Virus record (IMG/VR): IMGVR_UViG_3300026549_000051
Span: 1-64,000 of that record
Direction: 5' to 3' (one strand)
DNA: 64,000 bases
Origin: a virus
Lineage: Duplodnaviria; Caudoviricetes
The notes under the pieces were generated by a model. That model searched no databases. It was not told where the DNA came from and saw nothing but the letters and a program-made list of their open reading frames with translations. Shown here in pieces: positions 8,720-17,109 of this stretch. Every line of letters begins with the position of its first letter. Within the stretch, counting starts at the first letter, position 1. Made by a program: the position numbers and the translations under genes.

Positions 8720-9871
8720 ATGGCAACAATTAATACTGGCTATACCCAAACGGTTGTAACCACTCCAACTAAGCCATCGACGACCAGCGTATTCGATTAC
8801 GATATTATGTTCCCACTTTATCGTGACATCGTTGCTCGCAACCTCATCGATGAACCTAAGCTCCAACAGGAACTTAACTCCGCTCGCTCATTCTTTACCG
8901 GCGAACGCATGATTGATGACTCGACCCTCCTTTCCAACTTGAAATACGGTCAAGAACTCATCGTCAACATTAAGAAAGACCAAAACCCATTCAGCCTCTT
9001 CCAGAAAAAAGATATGCAGTACGCTGCTAACGAAGGTGATGAATGTCATGTCCACGTCGTCCTCGACTGTGAAGTCCCTTGCATCAACACATTGCCAACC
9101 TTTGAGCAACTTCGCTTCCGCTTTGACTGCGAATATGCCTACGGTGTCCGCATGTGCGACAAGAACAAAGATTTCTGGGATACTGCATTGTTTACTCAGC
9201 AATATGCTTTGTCTAAGCGTGCTTATGAGTTCGGCCGCGAAGTCGATCTCTGGAACAAGGTTATCGATGGTCTTGTAGCTGCTCCTGCCGCTACGGTTGA
9301 TGCCTTCTTGGCACAGACTCACCCAACTCACTACTGGGCTAACCAAGGTACGGTTACTGCTAACGCTCGCTGCTTAGTCCCAGAAGCTGTCCAATACATG
9401 ATTGACTCCTTCCAGGATGTCCGTCCTACCGTATTCATCACTAAAGAGTTCGCAACGGAACTTGTCAAGAGTGTTGAAACTCTTTACAACCTTAACTTCC
9501 AAACTCAACGCATCAATACGTTCGAGGATTGGGAATTGCCTGGCTTCGCTTTGGCTCCACGCGTCAAAGAAATCCTCGGCATCCCTGTAGATGTCGTCGT
9601 CTTAATGCGCAGCCCATGGATGACCACTGGTACCGGAACTCTCGCTACCCAATATCCACTCTGGAACGCTGACGCCACCAAGCAATATGTAGCTATCCTC
9701 GATCCACGCGTCGGTTATAGCTTCGAGAAGGAAGGCTACCACCTAGACATCAAGCCATACGACTGCGACAAGCTCTATGTCGGTATGATTGATACTGTCT
9801 ATGTTGGTACCGGTATCACCTTCCCTGTCTACGGCTTGATCATCGAATTCGACCAGTTTAATGCTTGCTAA
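8720..9871 (+). CDS. major capsid protein (putative)
   Basis: 383 aa after TerL, strongly biased codon usage, own leader and strong terminator; 8 Cys. Confidence 0.7.
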   Translation: MATINTGYTQTVVTTPTKPSTTSVFDYDIMFPLYRDIVARNLIDEPKLQQELNSARSFFTGERMIDDSTLLSNLKYGQELIVNIKKDQNPFSLFQKKDMQYAANEGDECHVHVVLDCEVPCINTLPTFEQLRFRFDCEYAYGVRMCDKNKDFWDTALFTQQYALSKRAYEFGREVDLWNKVIDGLVAAPAATVDAFLAQTHPTHYWANQGTVTANARCLVPEAVQYMIDSFQDVRPTVFITKEFATELVKSVETLYNLNFQTQRINTFEDWELPGFALAPRVKEILGIPVDVVVLMRSPWMTTGTGTLATQYPLWNADATKQYVAILDPRVGYSFEKEGYHLDIKPYDCDKLYVGMIDTVYVGTGITFPVYGLIIEFDQFNAC

Positions 9872-9894
9872 TTCCGGGAAGTCTTAGCTGTTAG

Positions 9895-9919
9895 AAAAAC
9901 CTCCTTCGGGAGGTTTTTT
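9895..9919 (+). terminator. Intrinsic terminator
   Basis: AAAAACCTCC-TTCG-GGAGGTTTTTT. Confidence 0.9.
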
Positions 9920-10004
9920 GTTTATGCGGATTTACTCCAGGAAGAATTGGGTAAGATAGACGGTCGTAAAGTATAATTAAATTAGATTAATAGAGGATTT
10001 TGCA

Positions 10005-10298
10005 ATGCCAGATTATAAACAATACAATAACTACTCAGAACAAGATAAAGATTCGATGCGCACTGACGCAGACATCAAGTCTAACACGAATGAAGAGACC
10101 ATCATATCTCAGACCGACCAAGTTGAGACATTGTTGGGCGACATCAAGACCGCTCTTGCTACCGTCAACACTAATTTAACTACCATTGCTGGCAAGATAG
10201 ATACTGTAAATACAAATCTTGGCACCATTCAAGGTAAGCAAGATACGGCTAAGGGTGTGCTCGACACGATTGCGTCAAATACCACTCCTACGGTTTAA
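10005..10298 (+). CDS. small coiled-coil protein (possible virion fibre/decoration)
   Basis: Heptad repeats TVNTNL x2. Confidence 0.7.
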   Translation: MPDYKQYNNYSEQDKDSMRTDADIKSNTNEETIISQTDQVETLLGDIKTALATVNTNLTTIAGKIDTVNTNLGTIQGKQDTAKGVLDTIASNTTPTV

Positions 10299-10316
10299 CG
10301 CATTATATAATTGAAT

Positions 10317-10379
10317 AGGTTCTTACCCACTCAAGAGCCGTAAAACCCGCCGCAGCTTTTCTCCCGCAGGCGGGTTTTT
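10317..10379 (+). ncRNA. Candidate sRNA A (two hairpins, anti-SD-like loop)
   Basis: TATAAT at 10306, hairpin GGTTCTT/AAGAGCC, terminator hairpin with loop AGCTTTTCTCCC; no ORF. Confidence 0.55.
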
Positions 10380-10445
10380 GCGTGCATAATAAAATTAGAC
10401 GCAAGTCGTACATTCGAGTCGTTGCTCAGATAAGGGGGTGTTATT

Positions 10446-10811
10446 ATGAGCAAGAAGAAGAGAAGGTGCAGGAGAACTCCGCCGCTTACTGCTAAGGACC
10501 GTCACCATATCTGCTATCAGGGGAGATATTGGAGCTGTGGTTATGCCAAGGCTATCCGCAACGCCTTTGTCCGCCCCGTGCCAGTTGTGTGGCATCGTGA
10601 GCTTCATTCTAAGCTCAGCACTGTGCCCGTACCTGACGGCTCGCTTCTAAAGCAGGCTTGGTTCGAGTATCAGAAGAACGCCGAGATTATCGACTCTATG
10701 GGAGTCTGCCAGGCTATCGCTTGGCTGTATGTTCATATCCCCGACGTTGAGTTTAGAAAGGCTATGCAGTATCAGTTGGACTTTTTCGCGACTCGCTCCG
10801 GGCAGCTTTAA
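10446..10811 (+). CDS. hypothetical protein, His-rich HNH-like metal-binding motif
   Basis: DRHH...WHRELH. Confidence 0.65.
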   Translation: MSKKKRRCRRTPPLTAKDRHHICYQGRYWSCGYAKAIRNAFVRPVPVVWHRELHSKLSTVPVPDGSLLKQAWFEYQKNAEIIDSMGVCQAIAWLYVHIPDVEFRKAMQYQLDFFATRSGQL

Positions 10812-10853
10812 TGGCTGCCCGTTTTTTTGTATAATGAAGAAAAAGGAGGGTTT

Positions 10854-11231
10854 ATGCCAGCAGGCTATAGTTATCTTTATAAGGGGACAGACGGGTTTAA
10901 GGAGCACGCGATTGCGTCACTGGCCACTATTACTGACGTTATTCAGTGGGGACGCAATAAGGGGTTGGACGACCCGAAGGCGCAACTCAACAAGGTGATT
11001 GAAGAGGTGGGAGAGATTGCGCATGAGATTACACGCAACCACTACGATTTAAATGCTCTCGAGCAGCCAGACGAGCTATATGATGCCATTGGAGATTCTC
11101 TTGTAACCATCATTATTCTTGCCGACATTCTTAATATGGACCCAATGGCTTGTCTTGAGATTGCCTATGAAGCCATCGCCAACCGTACTGGGGAGACGAA
11201 GAATGGTACATTCGTCAAGGCCGAGGAGTGA
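10854..11231 (+). CDS. MazG-like nucleotide pyrophosphohydrolase
   Basis: QLNKVIEEVGEIA...DAIGD...NRTG-x-x-x-NGTFVK; AGGAGG RBS. Confidence 0.85.
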   Translation: MPAGYSYLYKGTDGFKEHAIASLATITDVIQWGRNKGLDDPKAQLNKVIEEVGEIAHEITRNHYDLNALEQPDELYDAIGDSLVTIIILADILNMDPMACLEIAYEAIANRTGETKNGTFVKAEE

Positions 11232-11418
11232 GAGCGGCCCCTGCGAAGGAAAAGTGGTTTATAAGGGAGAGAACGACGCGAAAAAGACTAGCAAGTGGCT
11301 GAAGAGAAAGGGGCTAAACGAGCATCCGTACTTTTGCAAATATTGCAAGGCATGGCATCTTACGAGCGATAAATTAAAACAAAGGAGAAGAAGAGATGAC
11401 GATAGATATAATTGGTGA
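11203..11418 (+). CDS. small zinc-finger protein
   Basis: CEGK...YFCKYCKAWHLTS. Confidence 0.7.
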   Translation: MVHSSRPRSESGPCEGKVVYKGENDAKKTSKWLKRKGLNEHPYFCKYCKAWHLTSDKLKQRRRRDDDRYNW

Positions 11419-11611
11419 AATATTGAACCATAGTGATGAGGAAATTGTGGCTTATTTGGCTGCCGAATTGGCCGAGATTAAGCGTGTATACGTTAGAGCG
11501 ACAAAAGAGAAGACCCCGGAGCTGTTGTATATGGCGGCGCCTAGCCTAGACGAGGTATATAAGGTCGTGACGGCATTAAATAGACGAAACGAAGAACGTA
11601 AGCTAAAATAA
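11396..11611 (+). CDS. hypothetical protein
   Basis: GGAG RBS, operon position. Confidence 0.7.
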   Translation: MTIDIIGEILNHSDEEIVAYLAAELAEIKRVYVRATKEKTPELLYMAAPSLDEVYKVVTALNRRNEERKLK

Positions 11612-11638
11612 AAGTATTAATAAATAGAAAGGAACTTC

Positions 11639-12331
11639 ATGGAAAATACTCCAGAAGCGCCCGCTGCAGCACCAGCTGCAGAGAGTGTAGCAACTCCTAC
11701 CAACTCTAATCCAGCTCCAGCTCCAGAAATGCCAGACATGCATGGCTTCACGAGCGAGCAGCTTGCCGATATGCGCAAGTTCTACGACAACAATGGTGGG
11801 TGGGAAAAAGTTAAGGCTCGCATCAGCAACCCTACCCCGGCTCCAGCAGAGCAAAAGCCTGCTGAGCCAGCACAACCTGCTGAGCCTCCGAAACCAGCTT
11901 ATAAAGCCCCAGCCGGGTCGATTACTCCACAAGAGTTCTTAGCTCAGCAATATTTCGGCGCTCTCTCTCACGAGGAGAAATATGCAGCTATCGCGAAAGA
12001 GGTAGAAAGTGGCGCGGTTCTCAGGGACATGGCCGCCTTTAATATTCATCCAATGAATGAAGATGGCTCTATTAATGATGTAATGGTTCGCCGTTTCTTG
12101 GATATGAAGGCCGCAACGGTTGCTGCTCGCCAACCAGCTTCTATGCCAGAGGCAGGCGCAGCTCCAACGGTTGATTATGTGCCAGTAGAAGGCAACATTA
12201 AAGATATGCAACAGGCTATGGCAGTTCTCCAACAAGATTCTGCCCTTCGCGCTGCCGGTATGGCCGGGCACCCGTCTGCTGAAGCCGCGGAGAAATTCAT
12301 GCGCGAAACTCTCAATCAGGCCAAGAAATAA
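11639..12331 (+). CDS. putative scaffolding protein
   Basis: Pro/Ala/Glu-rich, Cys-free, between capsid and portal. Confidence 0.55.
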   Translation: MENTPEAPAAAPAAESVATPTNSNPAPAPEMPDMHGFTSEQLADMRKFYDNNGGWEKVKARISNPTPAPAEQKPAEPAQPAEPPKPAYKAPAGSITPQEFLAQQYFGALSHEEKYAAIAKEVESGAVLRDMAAFNIHPMNEDGSINDVMVRRFLDMKAATVAARQPASMPEAGAAPTVDYVPVEGNIKDMQQAMAVLQQDSALRAAGMAGHPSAEAAEKFMRETLNQAKK

Positions 12332-12345
12332 TGGTATACTAATTG

Positions 12346-12411
12346 AGTAGCTTTTTCTCCAATTAAAGCTCGACACCACCCCAGCTTGTTTAGTTCCAGG
12401 GTGGTGTTTTT
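12346..12411 (+). ncRNA. Candidate sRNA B (anti-RBS loop)
   Basis: TGGTATACT -10 at 12332-12340; stem AGCTTT/AAAGCT with loop TTCTCCAATT; terminator ACACCACCC/GGGTGGTGT-TTTT. Confidence 0.65.
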
Positions 12412-12445
12412 ATTGCTTATTAGGGACATATTGTAAAATAAAGTT

Positions 12446-12487
12446 ATGAACTCGTACGACTATTTTAATAACGAAGAGGTAGAGTAG
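12446..12487 (+). CDS. leaderless 13-aa minigene MNSYDYFNNEEVE before portal
   Basis: TAAAAT-N6-ATG; stop 1 nt before portal ATG. Confidence 0.4.
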   Translation: MNSYDYFNNEEVE

Positions 12488-12488
12488 G

Positions 12489-14696
12489 ATGCAGAATTAT
12501 GACTTTATAGACTGGAATCATGATTGGAACTATCCAATTCAATGGCTCGAAGAGTCGGATTTTGCCCGAACCTCGTACCATTACTGGCTTTGGAGGGCCA
12601 GTTTGGCTAAATTAGGCAAGCCTTGTAAGAACCTGTACCAGGAAGAGTTAAAAAGCAATTTGAGCAAAGTCGATTCCGTCGATCGTGCGAAGTATGAAGA
12701 ATATTGTCGTTGCGTTCCAGAGGGAACCTCTTTCGCTATCAAAAAAGCTGTAGACAACCGCGCCAATCAGATGGCGTCTGGCGTGGATACTTATGAGTAT
12801 AAGATTAACGACCCATTTGGTATTATCGATGACGATACTGAGGACTTGCTCTCAGCACAATGCCAAATAGACTATGTCCGCAACCGCCTCAACATCCTCT
12901 CGGCTACTTTCTCCCGTGACCTAACGTGGGCTGGGTTAGCTGCCGTTATCGTCAAATACGACCCAGTGTCCGACAAGAACAAAGTGCTTCGTGTTAACCC
13001 GAAGAACGTCTGGTTCGACACCAAATATTCGTCTCTCGGCCTCGAACGCTTCCGCGGCTATTCCACTATGATTAGCTGGAAGAAGCTCAAGGAGATGATT
13101 GCGAACGATGACAACGAAGAGGTGAACCTTGATATCAAGGCTCCAGATCGCTCAATTTTGAAGGAAGAGGACGACGGCAAAGGTAAAAAAGTTTGGAACG
13201 TTGACAAGGGCGCAAAGTATAGCAACCGCAAAATCCGCACTCTTAACGGTCTTGATATCTATGTGGAGGATTTAAACCGCATTGCTACTTCGACCCAGCT
13301 TATGGGCGGTATTAACCAGTTCGATGAATATGACCATGACCTTCGTACTTGCTACAACCTTAACTGGTATCGCACTTATGCCTCTGACCCGAAGGTTCGT
13401 AGCAAGTCGCTCTACAACGGCGACGATGTTGAGTTGACGGTTCTCTATGACCTTGACCAGAAGATTGAGTTCAAGATTATTAACCGTCGTTATGTGATTT
13501 CCGCAAATGGAAAAGCCTTCCACCGCAAAATCGCCTTTACGATTACGAACCCTGTTACGGGTGAGCAGAAGACTCGCATGGACGACTTTTGTCTTGACTG
13601 CCCTCTTAAAATTCAATTTGAAGAGGAAGAGAATATGGACAAGTTCCCACATCCGTGGTCCCCAGTCTTCTCCCTTCTCGACACGCATGACGAGCTATGT
13701 GGTTGGCGCGCAAAGCGTGACCATGTGAGCAAGATTCTCTCGATTCTCCGCATTGAAACTAACGCTGCTGATGCCGCCTCTCTCCGTGGTGTGCTCAACA
13801 TTATGGGCATTGTGCTTGATGACATCCAGGGCGATATCAACTCAATTAACTTCCAGTACGACTACACTCCGATTGATAGCGAAATTGCCTTCCGTGAACA
13901 GCGTATCCAGCAGATTCTCCACTCTTATGACCAGTTTGACGCGTTACAGGCTATGGGCGACCGTGCAAGTGCTGCTGAGTCTGGTATGGCTTTAGGCGCT
14001 GTAGCACAGGGTCTCTCGACACACCAGAACGCAATCATGCAGCTTTACGCAGATATTGCTCGCCAATGTATCGCTAACCGTGTGGCCTACTCTCCTCGTC
14101 AAGATTTCCCTATCAGTAATTATGGTGGCAACTCTTCTGTATCGATTCAGCAGATGGCGCTCGAGGCGATTGTCAATGTCCGCCCGGCCATGGCTGTTCA
14201 GATCCACGAGAAAGCAGTCGCCGCTAACGCACTCCAGCTTGTCGCTAACCTTGCTCAGAGTGGGCTTATTAACAAGGACGGTGTCGCTTATCTCATGGAG
14301 CGTGCTCTTATGGGAACCGTACCTCGTAAAGTGGCGTCCAGCTTTGTTCGCGAACAGGGTCCAAGCCAAGAGGAGATTGCTCTTGCTCAGCAACAGGCCC
14401 AGAATGAGGCTATGGCGCTTCAGCAGAACCAACAGGCGTATGAGCAGAACCCAGTTCCATATGAGGTGGATAATGTTATGCAGAATCAGTCTCCTGACGA
14501 AATTGATGCCATTATTGACGAATTAGCTGGAGGACAACCTATCCCAGATGAGCGTCAGCTAGCCGAGATGTCCGCAAATAGCGGTGGCCCTCAGGGCGTT
14601 GATATGGAGATGCAAGATGGGGCGATGTCTACTGGCTTAGAGGGGCTGACCCCAGAGACTGGTGGCGAGTACGCGAACCCAAACAGTATGTTATAA
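12489..14696 (+). CDS. portal protein (podovirus type)
   Basis: 735 aa; VLRVNPKNVWFD motif, C-terminal Gln-rich helical barrel and acidic tail as in P22-like portals. Confidence 0.8.
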   Translation: MQNYDFIDWNHDWNYPIQWLEESDFARTSYHYWLWRASLAKLGKPCKNLYQEELKSNLSKVDSVDRAKYEEYCRCVPEGTSFAIKKAVDNRANQMASGVDTYEYKINDPFGIIDDDTEDLLSAQCQIDYVRNRLNILSATFSRDLTWAGLAAVIVKYDPVSDKNKVLRVNPKNVWFDTKYSSLGLERFRGYSTMISWKKLKEMIANDDNEEVNLDIKAPDRSILKEEDDGKGKKVWNVDKGAKYSNRKIRTLNGLDIYVEDLNRIATSTQLMGGINQFDEYDHDLRTCYNLNWYRTYASDPKVRSKSLYNGDDVELTVLYDLDQKIEFKIINRRYVISANGKAFHRKIAFTITNPVTGEQKTRMDDFCLDCPLKIQFEEEENMDKFPHPWSPVFSLLDTHDELCGWRAKRDHVSKILSILRIETNAADAASLRGVLNIMGIVLDDIQGDINSINFQYDYTPIDSEIAFREQRIQQILHSYDQFDALQAMGDRASAAESGMALGAVAQGLSTHQNAIMQLYADIARQCIANRVAYSPRQDFPISNYGGNSSVSIQQMALEAIVNVRPAMAVQIHEKAVAANALQLVANLAQSGLINKDGVAYLMERALMGTVPRKVASSFVREQGPSQEEIALAQQQAQNEAMALQQNQQAYEQNPVPYEVDNVMQNQSPDEIDAIIDELAGGQPIPDERQLAEMSANSGGPQGVDMEMQDGAMSTGLEGLTPETGGEYANPNSML

Positions 14697-14705
14697 GGAG
14701 GCGGT

Positions 14706-15647
14706 ATGGAAGTCCTATACCATGATGACGGCATAGAAAGCTTTAACAGGTCGTCTGCCGATAAATATGATGGCTTCCTAGCAGTAGAGCTTGGCGGGGT
14801 AAAAGTCCCCGTCGAGTTCGACAATGTAGATTATATTAGCTGCGGGGAGGTGCATACGACCCCTGCTATCGTAAATGTCTCTAATAAATCGGGCTATACT
14901 GAGTACCCGAATGGGCATTTTGTGTCATCTAACATATTGACTGGCGACGACGCAGACGACATGGCTATAGCTTTTCACGCGGACGATGACCAGGTTATTG
15001 TTGAGTCGTCCGAAGCGCAGTTTAAAAACTTTTTGTCAGTAGATAATGGGTCGGAGAAAGTTCCTATTGAGTATGACCAAATCAACTATATTAACTGTAA
15101 TCAAGTGGATACTAGTAGTGCTATTGTTAGCACTGCTTCTGACGGCTACATCTACCCATCCGGCCACCTAGTACGAGCAAAAACTGGCATTGATGGCGAT
15201 GACATGGATGCCCCAAGCATCTTATATAACGAAGACAAGAGTGGCGTTCGTGTTCATTCATCTATTGACCAGTTCTCGACCTTCTTGTCCGCTGAGGTGG
15301 GCGGCGTAAATGTTCCGATTGAGTTTGATGCTATTGATTATATTGATTGCGGAAAGGTGGTTAGCCATCCAGTGATTGTCGATAATGGGCGCAATATCGG
15401 ATATATCTTCTCCGACGGGGCGCACGAGTATATCACAGACGAATATCCGCTTACTGACCGAAGCGAAGATGTGCTCAAGGAGTTGCCTGAATGGTTTGGG
15501 GACGGGTTTTATCAAGACCACGAAGACTATCAGGCTATCACTAACTTCGATGATTCTGCTTTAGGCACGCGCAACGTGAATAGGCTTCGTGTGGGGCAAC
15601 ATTACTACTTGGCTGACGAGATTTTACCGGCCGAAGACTTTGAATAA
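14706..15647 (+). CDS. acidic protein with three ~95-aa internal repeats
   Basis: FL-x5-G-x2-VP(V/I)E(F/Y)D-x-(V/I)-x-YI-x-C-like repeat x3. Confidence 0.8.
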   Translation: MEVLYHDDGIESFNRSSADKYDGFLAVELGGVKVPVEFDNVDYISCGEVHTTPAIVNVSNKSGYTEYPNGHFVSSNILTGDDADDMAIAFHADDDQVIVESSEAQFKNFLSVDNGSEKVPIEYDQINYINCNQVDTSSAIVSTASDGYIYPSGHLVRAKTGIDGDDMDAPSILYNEDKSGVRVHSSIDQFSTFLSAEVGGVNVPIEFDAIDYIDCGKVVSHPVIVDNGRNIGYIFSDGAHEYITDEYPLTDRSEDVLKELPEWFGDGFYQDHEDYQAITNFDDSALGTRNVNRLRVGQHYYLADEILPAEDFE

Positions 15648-15659
15648 TATAATGATAAT

Positions 15660-15905
15660 ATGAAATGTTGTGATGATTTCTTAATCATTGATAGTTCCAC
15701 CGATAAGAATTGCGACAATGCTTGTAATTGCTTTGGTTTAGTTAAAACTATTATTCCGGCTGCTCTCGGCGACGATTCTGCAGACTCAGAAGCCAAGCCT
15801 GTTAATGGGGCTTTTTCTAATAAGATTGTTGAATACGAGGCCAATGGGGCTGTCTATATTTACGATAGGGATGGGCTTTACACTAAAATAAAAGATGGAG
15901 CCTAG
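15660..15905 (+). CDS. Cys-rich virion protein, GDD...YEAN anchor family
   Basis: Paralogue of N-termini of 27048 and 28547; leaderless start. Confidence 0.75.
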   Translation: MKCCDDFLIIDSSTDKNCDNACNCFGLVKTIIPAALGDDSADSEAKPVNGAFSNKIVEYEANGAVYIYDRDGLYTKIKDGA

Positions 15906-15907
15906 CT

Positions 15908-16345
15908 ATGGCTAAGAAGATAAAACAAGTCGAAATGAAAGTGCCTAGGGAGCCTAGGAAGATAACTGTTAAAAAACCTAAAGAGAAAATGTCCGAAAAA
16001 ATTATCAAAAAAACGAAGAGTCTTGCTGACGTCATTACTGCTGTTGGAATTATAGGCGCTGCAGCTGTTGGAATTGGCTCCTGGTGCGTTACTCAGATAA
16101 ACGCTGGCACAAATCAGAAACTAGACACGATTATTGAGAAGGTTGATAAGGCCGAGCTTAACGCTACTCGTAGCCAGCTGCTAACACTTATGAGCGATTA
16201 TCCTGATAACGAGAGTGAGATTCTGAAGGTCGCCGACTATTACTTTAATGAGCTTGATGGTGATTGGTATATGACGGATCTATTCACGGAGTGGGCCGAC
16301 TCTCGTGGCATAGATGTCACAAAGATAGTCACCGTCAAGAAATAA
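15908..16345 (+). CDS. single-TM membrane protein (holin-like?)
   Basis: Basic N-terminus, one hydrophobic helix, coiled C-terminus. Confidence 0.6.
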   Translation: MAKKIKQVEMKVPREPRKITVKKPKEKMSEKIIKKTKSLADVITAVGIIGAAAVGIGSWCVTQINAGTNQKLDTIIEKVDKAELNATRSQLLTLMSDYPDNESEILKVADYYFNELDGDWYMTDLFTEWADSRGIDVTKIVTVKK

Positions 16346-16349
16346 CGGC

Positions 16350-16379
16350 AAAAACGCCTCATGGTCGGGGGCGTTTTTT
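16350..16379 (+). terminator. Intrinsic terminator
   Basis: AAAAACGCCTC...GGGGCGTTTTTT. Confidence 0.8.
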
Positions 16380-16424
16380 GGTGGAAAAAGAGTCGTCAAA
16401 AGATGGATAATATATACTAGAGGT

Positions 16425-17105
16425 ATGAACTTAGACGACTTTTCATACATCGACAACGACCGGAGATACGTCAATCCTCAGGTCAGTCTCAATGAGCAGA
16501 ACGCCTTTATTGATAATTTGCGTAATACGCAGGGGCAAAACACTGCTCAAATTCGTCAAGATACTTACAATCTCGGTACCGCCGTACCAAGCAATCTTGG
16601 CGGTTTAGCTGGCGGCAGTAATTATTTCAAGTCGCGCTATCAGACACCACAGACTAATTCTATGGTGGCAGACTTGCGCGCGGCGGCTCAGTCTCAGGCG
16701 CTCAGCACGCTTCTGAGCAACGAAATCGGCAAGGCGCAGAAACGCTATAATGACGCCTATCGGGCAGCTCAAAAACGCGCGAATAATGCTGGTGGCGGAA
16801 ACGACCCGAGCGATTACCTCGAAAATCTCAAGTTGCAGACTGAAGACGATGGGTCTGGTCCGAAACTTCCGACAGCTCCTAGTGAGCCTGGTGAGGTGGA
16901 GACATCACAGGGGACCGTTTCTGGCAGAAAGTGGGATTTAGCAGACACGGGAGCGGCATATGCTACAAATGTGGCGCTTGGTTTGGCCTCTCCGTTCATA
17001 GGCACTCTCCCGTTCTTTGCTCAGACTGGGTATGACATTTATAATGCAATTCACAACAACCCGTCGGCGCTCGAACAACTATATAACGCGATAAGAAACC
17101 GTTAA
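16425..17105 (+). CDS. putative ejection/internal virion protein
   Basis: Gln/Asn/Ala-rich helical, C-terminal hydrophobic segment, Cys-free; leaderless start. Confidence 0.55.
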   Translation: MNLDDFSYIDNDRRYVNPQVSLNEQNAFIDNLRNTQGQNTAQIRQDTYNLGTAVPSNLGGLAGGSNYFKSRYQTPQTNSMVADLRAAAQSQALSTLLSNEIGKAQKRYNDAYRAAQKRANNAGGGNDPSDYLENLKLQTEDDGSGPKLPTAPSEPGEVETSQGTVSGRKWDLADTGAAYATNVALGLASPFIGTLPFFAQTGYDIYNAIHNNPSALEQLYNAIRNR

Positions 17106-17109
17106 TGGA

